The translations under genes and the position numbers were made by a program. The notes below the pieces were generated by a model. That model ran no database searches, was not told the origin of the DNA, and worked only from the letters and a program-made list of their open reading frames with translations. A stretch of DNA of 64,000 nucleotides from Eledone cirrhosa (Eukaryota). Position 1 is the stretch's first letter, and each line of letters starts with the position of its first letter. Below are positions 53,198-64,000 of the stretch, one piece after another. The stretch is from contig OZ024744.1 of NCBI GenBank assembly GCA_964016885.1, forward strand, positions 70,122,001 to 70,186,000. The letters are read 5' to 3'.

Positions 53198-53263
53198 TAT
53201 TTTATCTGAAGAAGGCATGCCATATTTTTAATATGGTATCCCTGAAATATGTATAATGAAATA
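53198..53263 (+). ncRNA. Type I hammerhead in pLTR (inverted copy at 50486-50551)
   Basis: TATTTTAT-CTGAAGA-[aggcatgccatatt/aatatggtatccct]-GAAA-TATGTA-TA/ATGAAATA. Confidence 0.78.
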
Positions 53264-53303
53264 AATATGGTTTTATAAATATAGTTTCCATTTGTTTAAT
53301 ATC

Positions 53304-53398
<95 letters not shown>

Positions 53399-53487
53399 TA
53401 TAACTTTGAATAACTTTGAAATGTTTTGGCCAGTATTGGCCCAGGCCATGTCTAACTTAATAGCACCACCTGGCGAAGTCTTTCAAT

Positions 53488-56400
53488 TCAGGATTTGGGC
53501 ACCATGGCCCATTCGAGAAGAGAATTACTGTTTGCGGAGACATATCCGGGTGTGGGTGGTTTGTCCGGGATTACTTGGAGGAATTTGTCCAAAGACTTCT
53601 TGAATTTTGTGTGGTCAGTTTCTGTTTTGACGTGTCCTGGTGTGATGTTGAAGAGAGCAGGGCCGATTGAGGTGAAATAATTGTGCCGTATTGTTGTTAT
53701 GAGTTGCGATTTAGATTTTTGAATGGGACGGATAGCACGGGGCCCAAGCCTTGGGTGTATCTTGAAGGCGATGCCAACATCATTTGGGCAGTGATGATGG
53801 AACATTTTCCACATCATGCAGATAATATAACGCTCACGGCGACGTTGCAGTGAGTAAAGTTTCAGGTTTTCTAGTCGACCCCAGTAGTCAAGGTCTGACA
53901 TGCCATCTATCTTTTTCGTGATTGCCCTTTGAGGAGCTTCAAGTTTCATGATACTTTGTTTCGTGTGGGGAGACCACAGTGGACAACAGTATTCAAGGTG
54001 TGGTCGGGCGAAAGTAGAGAAGAGAAGGATAATGGTGTGGGAATCTCTCGACTGGAAGGTTCTGAGGATCCAGGAACACATTCTGCGGGCCATGTCAACT
54101 TTGCTGCTTATATGCGTGGCCCAGCTTATGTTGCTGTCCACGGTTACTCCCAAGTCTCTGATGTTGTTAGATGCCACGAGAGTTTCCCCGGAGGGAAGGG
54201 AGTACGGGAGTTTCAGAGCATCCTCTTTTCCAAAGTGGATCAGTTCGAATTTGTCTTCGTTCAGTAACATGTTGTTCTTTTCCGCCCATTGGGTAACAGC
54301 CAGTAGGTCTGACTGAAGGCTTATCCGGTCATCCACGCCATTGATGACCTTTTGGAGCTTGGAATCATCAGCGAAAATGTTAATGTTGCTGTGTTTGATG
54401 ATGTCAGTGATGTCATTAATATAGATGATGAAGAGAAGTGGGCCCAACACAGTGCCTTGTGGGACCCCACTACTGACTTTGGCTGGGCTGGATTTGACTC
54501 CTTTAACTACAACATGTTGGGTTCTGTTTGACAGGAAGCTCTTGATCCACTGCAGCAGCTTTCCAGTGACACCAATATTGGACAGTTTTCTTAGTAGAAT
54601 GTTATGATCAACCCTGTCAAAGGCCTTGCTGAAATCAAGGTAGATAACATCAGTGTTGGAACCCTCTCCCAAGGCTCTCAAAATGTCATCAAAGTGATGC
54701 AGTAGCTGCGTCAGGCAATCCCTTCCATTACGGAATCCATGCTGGTTGGAGTTCAGCATATTGTTACTCTCAAGGAAGTGGGTCATTCGCGATCTCACCA
54801 CTCTCTCAAATACCTTAATGATATGAGAGGTGAGTGAGATTGGACGGTAATTCACGGCAAGGGATTTGTTTCCTTTTTTGAAAACTGGGACAACAGACTG
54901 GGATAGAAGGTTTTCTGGCACATATCCAGCATCCAGTGAGTTCCGCCACAGATTGGCAAGAGGAGATGCAAGTTGGTGTTGACACGCCTTCAAGACACAA
55001 GCAGGGAACCTATCGGGACCTACTGCTGAATTATGCTTGATTTCCTTTATTGCCGCTAAGACATCAGGGGCGTCAAACGTTATGTCCGATAAGGTGTAAT
55101 GGGGAGTAACATCGCCGATACAGCCCAGATCGGCCATATCAGGATTGCTGAAAACAGAGGAGTATTGTTTCTGCAGTATCTCACCCATGGTTTTAGCATT
55201 GTCTTGAAGAGTGCCATTTTCATCAATTAGAGGGCCAACAGTAGAGCCAGTAATTTTGTGTTTTTTTTTGCAAATGAAAAGAACACTTTGGGATTGAGTT
55301 TGATCTTCTCAATGGCCCAGGCCTCTTCAGCTCTTCTCTGATTGTTGATGAGAGACATTATGTTGTTTTGGAGGTTATGTTTTTTAATCTCTAGTGATGA
55401 AATGGCAGTCAAGTTGATGTGTTGCTGCTGACAGTATTTCAGCTTGTTGATTTTTTTTGTTCGTTCTCTTAATTTTTCTGATGAGCGTTTTTCTATTTCT
55501 AGGGATTCTGCTCTTAGATTTGTTTATAGTTCTTAATGGGGTGTGTTTTGCACATATGTTTGTAACAGTGTCCACAAATGTCTGCCAGGACTTTTTGATG
55601 TTAGTGGGTGTATGAGTGTGCGTGAAGGACCAGTCGACATGTGCAAGATCATGACTGATCGCTTCCCAGTTTGCATTGTGGAAATCCATAGCGTCAAACG
55701 GATGGACAGGAGAGATGACATTGGGTTTGTATATTGGACGGTGGAATCTCAGATCACAGAGAACCATGTCATGATCAGAGAGTAGAGTTTTCTCCACTGC
55801 AATATTGTGGATATTGTCAGTGTGATTGCTGAAAATTAAGTCTAGGACGTTTTTGTGGCACCTCGTTGGTTCGAGCACCAGTTGGGATAGGAAAAAATCA
55901 TCCATGAAGTCAAGAAGCGATTCCACTGCTTCCCTGTCAGAGGTTGAGGCAGAAGAACCTGGTGGCAGGCTGTTTGTGGACCAGTCAACTCCGGGGAGGT
56001 TGAAGTCCCCTATCATTAAGATGTTGTCAGGGTGACACTCTTGGATGAAACACTTTTTGCTGTTAAGGCATTCCTTGAAGCATGGTACAGGCGTTTGGGG
56101 TGGCCTATAGAGCCCAACTACTATTAGGTTGTTGGTTTGACTGAATACAGTGACTGCTTCACAGTATCCATTAGTGAATATATTCATAGCCTCTGTTGAG
56201 AAAGAATTATGGACATAAATGGCAGTCCCGCCCTTTCTTCTGCCAGCGCGATCAGCACGGATGGCTTTGAAATTTTTCACTTTCACCTCGGCTTCCAAGT
56301 GGAGGTTACTGAGATGGGTTTCAGTGAGGACGAAGACAGGGATGTGGTTTGGATGGACATCAATCCAGTCCTCCAGGAATTTGATCTTCCATTTTTGAGT

Positions 56401-56560
56401 ATTGGTGGAAGGGCTGATGCCTTGGGCGTTAAGCAAAAATGTAGAGGCGAGAGTGGATGGTTTTAATTGTTTTGGTGTGTTGTTAATTTGTTTGTTTGTT
56501 AATGGCAGCAATGGGAGTTTGTGCAGTGGGGTGATAGTGGAGGGTGGTGCTGGGTGATAG
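53488..56560 (-). pseudogene. LINE ORF2 APE-RT, two frameshifts, both in A-homopolymers (55451-55458, 55261-55269)
   Basis: LNAQGI, LTETHL, LYRPP, GDFNLP, VLDL, SDH. YRPISLTS, LDFSKAFD, GVPQGTVLGP, FADD, IRDLGV, LYSLQRRRERY. Confidence 0.9.
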
Positions 56561-57672
56561 CTCGAATGTTTTTTTTCCAGTTCTTTTGCCAGATTCATTA
56601 TGGCTAAAAAAGAGGAAGAAGTTTCCTGTTTAGAAGACTGTTGGTGACTGTGGTAGTGGTTATTTTTATGTAGGTTATGGTTTTTGTTTTTGCTTTTATT
56701 TTTAATTTTATTTTCATTTGTCCGACGGGTCCCCGGGAGATGGGTAAAGGGACAATCCCGGTCTAAACACAATCTGTCTCGCAGGGAAAAGCGGCAGATT
56801 TGTGGATTCCTTGTTTGAGTTATTGGTGGTTGTGTTGGTGTTAAATTAGAGTATGTATTATGGTGGTGGCTGTTTGTGGGGATAGACCGTTTTGTCCTAG
56901 GTAAATGGGTGAATTTGCAGCCACTATCCGTACATATTCTAAAGCGTAGAGAGTAGCGGCAAATGATGGGGTTTCGAGTGGGTGGGTATGTGGGTGTGTG
57001 TGTTGTGAGAGGTGTAGATGATGGTTTGAGTAGGATTTGACGACCTTTGTGGACTGTGGGAGGGAGAGTTCTTGTACTGGTATTAGAAGGTAAATTCCTT
57101 GAGATAGCAGTAGGCAAAAATGTTGTAGTAGTAGTAGTAGTAGTAGTAGGCAGAGAAGAAGATGTTGGCAGTGGTGATGATTGGACTGCTGGGCCAGAGA
57201 AAGGAAGTGGCGTTTCCTGCTGTGAGACAGAGGCTACTGGGAGGTCAATAGTTTCATTTAGTAGATCGGCCATTGTTGATGAATCAAGGAGTGGTTCACA
57301 CTGTTGTTGTTGTCGTTGTTGTTGTTGCTGTTGTTGATGTTGTTGTTGCTGTTGTTGTTGTAGCTGTTGTTTTTGTTGCCGTTGTAGCTGCTGTTGTTGT
57401 TGTTGCTGCTGCTGGACAGCATCCGAAGAAAAAACACACCGTAGTTTATCCAAATGTTTATTGATTAATTTAAAAGCAATTTCGATTTGCTTTAATTTAT
57501 TTTGAATCTGTTGTTCAGATCGGGTTTTCAAAAGTTGAACTGTACGTTTAGCAATGTCGTTCAGACATGAAACATCTATGTCTTCTGTTTGGGTAAGGCA
57601 ATGCCATGTGTTTATTAGAATGTCGATTTCATTATCAGACCAGTTCTGTTTGGATTTTTGCTGGTTAGCCAT
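56500..57672 (-). CDS. LINE ORF1: Myb/SANT-like N-terminus, polyQ, two CCCH zinc fingers
   Basis: Probable start MANQQK at 57672. NWSDNEIDILINTW...RSEQQIQNKLKQI, then CRYSLRFRICTDSGCKFTH and CRFSLRDRLCLDRDCPFTH (C-x8-C-x4-C-x3-H). The 3' end is inferred. Confidence 0.65.
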
Positions 57673-57763
57673 TCTAGTTTTGAGTGTGTGTGTTTTAGTT
57701 AAGTATTTCAATATATATATATATATTTTTTTTTTTTTTTGTTTTTTGTTTGTTTTGTGGTTT

Positions 57764-57823
<60 letters not shown>

Positions 57824-57850
57824 ATCAAAAGATGGGTAAATGAGTTCATG

Positions 57851-57921
57851 TATTTTATTATGCGCATTTCCAAAACAAATATCATCATGCAATAACATTT
57901 GTGTTTTCATCAGATAAAATA
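57851..57921 (-). ncRNA. Type I hammerhead in pLTR of the inverted arm
   Basis: 8-bp stem I UAUUUUAU/AUAAAAUA, CUGAUGA, long stem II, GAAA, palindromic stem III AUGCGCAU, AUA site. Confidence 0.83.
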
Positions 57922-57999
57922 GGAGGACATGATATGAAGGTTAAAAACACTTGTGATTGTGCAGTTTTAAATCAACATATCATGAGTATATATATATAT

Positions 58000-58080
<81 letters not shown>

Positions 58081-58259
58081 AATATACATACACATAGGTA
58101 TGTGAAGGGCAAGGCAAAAAGAATATATGGGGAGGAGGGCATAGGAAAAGGTGAAATATAAGGGGAGGTAAGGGAGAAAAAAATATATATATACAAGAGT
58201 ACAGAACGTAGATTCAGTAAAATAAAAACCGTAGCAGAAGTAAAGAGCAGTGAAGGAGT

Positions 58260-59768
58260 TCAAGGCGGTTGATTTATCATAGGAGTGTCAATCCAGTTAC
58301 AGATCAGATGCGATTTCAGATGAGGACAGCATCTGAAGATCTCAGTCTTTGAGTTAAGACAAGCGGAAGTGGCTCTCAAGTTTAGCAAAATCCTATACTT
58401 TTCTGTGGTACACAAAGAACAATTCTTTGTGCCCCTTTGGTACTCCCTCGAATGGTCTAATATAGACCAATCAATAGAGTACGGGATGTTACTATCCTTG
58501 AGTTCCCACACCTTACTTGCGAGGGCCGTTGATGTTCGTTTATCGGAGTGCTTAAAAGAAGCGACATGTGAGTAAAATCTGGTTTTAAACCTGTCCTGGG
58601 TCATACCGACATATCTCTCACTCCTGGCTGGCTGGTTGTTGATTACCGGTGTTATCTTAGCCTCATAAACAACAGATTTGGTGTTACATTTACCCTGCAA
58701 TGGGCATTCATCCGGCTTCCTGCAACTGCATCCTGGATTTATTCTCGTATGGTTTGAACTGGTGATTTTGGACTTCATAGATGGGCAACAAGAGTAGCTG
58801 ATCTTAACTACGTTCCTATTAAATATCTTATAATATCTATGATTAGGAGGAAAATGTTTGTCTAAGAGTTCAAGGAATTTCCTTCCTACATTACTTTTGA
58901 CAGTGAGAGAGAAGGGGTGTGTGAACCAAATAATCTTCCTTTTCCTGTAATTGTGGTTAGATTTGGGGGGGGGGGGGGTTAGGTAAATAAGAAATTTTTT
59001 CTGTAAAACCGCTGTTCTTAAGGGGCGGCTTTATTAAAAATGTCTATAGACGAAGATAAGGTAGAAATCCTACGGCTAATGTTAGGAATAAGATTATTAA
59101 AAACTATAGGGGGATGGCAAGAGTCTTTGTGTATATACCTAAGATTTTCATTAGGTTTATGATAGGGTTTAAAAGAGGCGGTAAGTAGATCAAGATTAAT
59201 ATCAAGAAAGTTAGCATTAGTAAGATTCGTATCTATAGTGATTTTAAGGTTAAGATTAGCAAAAGTATTGATAAATCTTTACGGAATTTATCAAGGTTAT
59301 GGCCGTTAGTGGTATGAGAAACTGCTAATCCGTCATCACGGTATAAACCGATATTATGGGACGGAAATTTCTCTTTGAAGGTGTGGAGAAGGAATAATCC
59401 TACTAAGTCACACACATCCGCACTCTCATATGAACCCATTGCAACATCAAAAGAGTTTTCAGTGTTTGACTTTTTAACCCAAATATTATCATTAGTAAAG
59501 AGTAAAGTCTTTCTTGCATGAAAGATAATGTCTTCTTCTAATTTAGAAATATTAATGAAGGGTCTTGAAAAATCTAAGGCATTAGTTAATAAGGAAACAG
59601 TAATAGATGGGTAAAAATCGACAATATCAAATTGGGTAAATCTACACTTATTTTTACCTTGTATATTATTAAACCAAGAAATAACAGAGGAAGTATTTAG
59701 CCACTGTGATAGGTCAGTGTTAGTTCTAATTTGGAGAATTATTTTTCTTAAGATTTTCTTACTTGCAA
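58260..59768 (-). pseudogene. PLE RT + GIY-YIG, inverted partial copy
   Basis: ORFs 59233-59883 (part) and 58260-58778, with frameshifts between. Confidence 0.88.
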
Positions 59769-59855
59769 TTGAAGCATATTCCATATACGATTGGCACTTT
59801 CCAGCCCGATTAGTTGAGCACTCTACAGTTTTCAGGAATTTAACCAACACACACC

Positions 59856-61975
59856 ATGGATCTTTATGAATTGGATTATTCAATCAAAATATACCCACGC
59901 CTTCCAACACAACTTATACCAAAATCCTCATAGATAAAATCGAACAAGTCGTTAAAAGAATGAGATGGAAGGCAATGGTTTACGATGGACTATTCAGTGC
60001 TGATACTAAAGATTGTTTTGACATCAAATCCCGTAAATATCCACCTAGAATTAAAGACATGGCCAACTTCGAATTAGACCTTATTAATCTAATTAGTGAT
60101 ATCAAATTTCGTAAGTACAATAATAACTTTCAAACTAAACTATCTAACGATATTTCTAATTTTAGAAATTCTACAAACACTTTCGTTCTTTCTGATAAAA
60201 CTAAAAACCTCTTTGAAGTTAATAGTAATTTGTATAACCAACTTTTAACTAATAGTATTACCAATAAATATCAATTAACTAATAATAATACCTACAATAC
60301 TATCAATAAAGAAGCTAAAGAACTAGCTAGTTCTTTACAAATAGATAACCGGTTTGAAAGCCTAGCTAAGCGTAAAGCATATATTACCCTTAAAGACCAT
60401 AAATTGGACTTTATTAATCGACCTAGTTGTAGACTGATTAACCCGGCTAAATCCGAGGTTGGCCTTGCAAGTAAGAAAATCTTAAGAAAAATAATTCTCC
60501 AAATTAGAACTATCACAGTGGCTAAATACTTCCTCTGTTATTTCTTGGTTTAATAATATAGAAAGTAAAAATAAGTGTAGATTTACCCAATTTGATATTG
60601 TCGATTTTTACCCATCTATTACTGTTTCCTTATTAACCAATGCCTTAGATTTTTCAAGACCCTTCATTAATATTTCTAAATTAGAAGAAGACATTATCTT
60701 TCATGCTAGAAAAACTTTACTCTTTACTAATGATAATATTTGGGTTAAAAAGTCAAACACTGAAAACTCTTTTGATGTTGCAATGGGTTCATATATCAGT
60801 GCGGATGTGTGTGACTTAGTAGGATTATTCCTTCTCCACACCCTCAAAGAGAAATTTCCGTCCCATAATATCGGTTTATACCGTGATGACGGATTAGCAG
60901 TTTCTCATACCACCAACGGCCATAACCTTGATAAATTCCGTAAAGCTTTAATCAATACTTTTGCTAACCTTAACCTTAAAATCACTATAGATACGAATCT
61001 TACTAATGCTAACTTTCTTGATATTAATCTTGATCTACTTACCGCCTCTTTTAAACCCTATCATAAACCTAATGAAAATCTTAGGTATATACACAAAGAG
61101 TCTTGCCATCCCCCTATAGTTTTTAATAATCTTATTCCTAACATTAGCCGTAGGATTTTTACCTTATCTTCGTCTATAGACATTTTTAATAAAGCCGCCC
61201 CTTATTATAATAAAGCCCTTAAGAACAGCGGTTTTACAGAAAAAAATTCTTATTTACCTACCCCCCCCCTAAATCTAACCACAATTACAGGAGAAGGAAG
61301 ATTATTTGGTTCACACACCCCTTCTCTCTAACTGTAAAAACTAATGTAGGAAGGAAATTCCTTGAACTCTTAGACAAACATTTTCCTCCTAATCATAGAT
61401 ATTATAAGATATTTAATAGGAACGTAGTTAAGATCAGCTACTCTTGTTGCCCATCTATGAAGTCCAAAATCACCAGTTCAAACCATACGAGAATAAATCC
61501 AGGATGCAGTTGCAGGAAGCCGGATGAATGCCCATTGCAGGGTAAATGTAACACCAAATCTGTTGTTTATGAGGCTAAGATAACACCGGTAATCAACAAC
61601 CAGTCAGCCAGGAGTGAGAGATATGTCGGTATGACCCAGGACAGGTTTAAAACCAGATTTTACTCACATGTCGCTTCTTTTAAGCACTCCGATAAACGAA
61701 CATCAACGGCCCTCGCAAGTAAGGTGTGGGAACTCAAGGATAGTAACATCCCGTACTCTATTGATTGGTCTATATTAGACCATTCGAGGGAGTACCAAAG
61801 GGGCACAAAGAATTGTTCTTTGTGTACCACAGAAAAGTATAGGATTTTGCTAAACTTGAGAGCCACTTCCGCTTGCCTTAACTCAAAGACTGAGATCTTC
61901 AGATGCTGTCCTCATCTGAAATCGCATCTGATCTGTAACTGGATTGACACTCCTATGATAAATCAACCGCCTTGA
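59856..61975 (+). pseudogene. PLE RT + GIY-YIG, near full length, frameshifted
   Basis: ORF pieces 59960-60553, 60783-61331 and 61457-61975. Frameshifts near 59890, 60510 (11-bp deletion relative to the other arm) and about 61270-61295. Confidence 0.88.
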
Positions 61976-62158
61976 ACTCCTTCACTGCTCTTTACTTCTG
62001 CTACGGTTTTTATTTTGCTGAGTCTACGTTCTGTACTCTTGTATATATATATTTTTTCTCCTTTACCTCCCCTTATATTTCACCTTTTCCTATGCCCCCC
62101 CCCCATATATTCTTTTTGCCTTGCCCTCCACATACCTATATGTATGTGTATGTATATT

Positions 62159-64000
<1,842 letters not shown>

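Larger units (their letters stand above)
50442..53305 (+). mobile_element. Naiad-like PLE, 5'-truncated, with inverted 5' pLTR
   Basis: 50442-50768 is the reverse complement of 52981-53305. ORF 50892-51809 lies inside. Confidence 0.88.
53400..57765 (-). mobile_element. Near full-length CR1-group LINE in (TA)n
   Basis: ORF1-like region, APE, RT, and a short 3' UTR ending in tandem TTCAAAGTTA. (TA)n on both sides. Confidence 0.88.

Noticed and set aside
57673-57888. N-terminal 72 aa of the 834-aa ORF
   Set aside because: Runs through (TA)n and into a neighbouring PLE pLTR. The true start is more likely ATG 57672.
59770-59883. N-terminus of minus-strand ORF 59233-59883
   Set aside because: Chimeric read-through across the inversion junction into the antisense of the + strand copy's 5' region.

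Overview
Gene-free, repeat-saturated eukaryotic DNA. The huge (TA)n/(TACATA)n tracts and a tRNA-derived SINE resembling octopus SINEs suggest an octopod cephalopod (inference). I found no host gene. The first 14 kb holds three non-LTR retrotransposons side by side: a Tx1/L1-type element (+), an uninterrupted R4/Dong-type RT-RLE element (-) sitting in (TAA)n, and a decayed RTE/BovB-type element with three C-terminal C2H2 fingers. The rest is a stack of at least nine Penelope-like (RT + GIY-YIG) insertions, plus CR1-group LINEs, embedded in (TA)n. Many have inverted pLTRs, and two form kb-scale head-to-head inverted repeats. Reading both strands by eye gave about 28 type I hammerhead ribozyme motifs from more than a dozen sequence families. 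These include repeated U3-A8 and U4C catalytic-core variants, ORF-less fold-back mini-elements carrying two hammerheads, and a solo hammerhead between (TA)n tracts. A near full-length CR1-group LINE (53.4-57.8 kb) has an unusual ORF1 (Myb/SANT-like + polyQ + two CCCH fingers). It also has an in-frame U_UUU_UUA slippery site at the ORF1/ORF2 junction, suggesting -1 ribosomal frameshifting. All folds and family assignments are manual and unverified by computation. Most short ORFs in the track (YI/VC repeats) are microsatellite artefacts.
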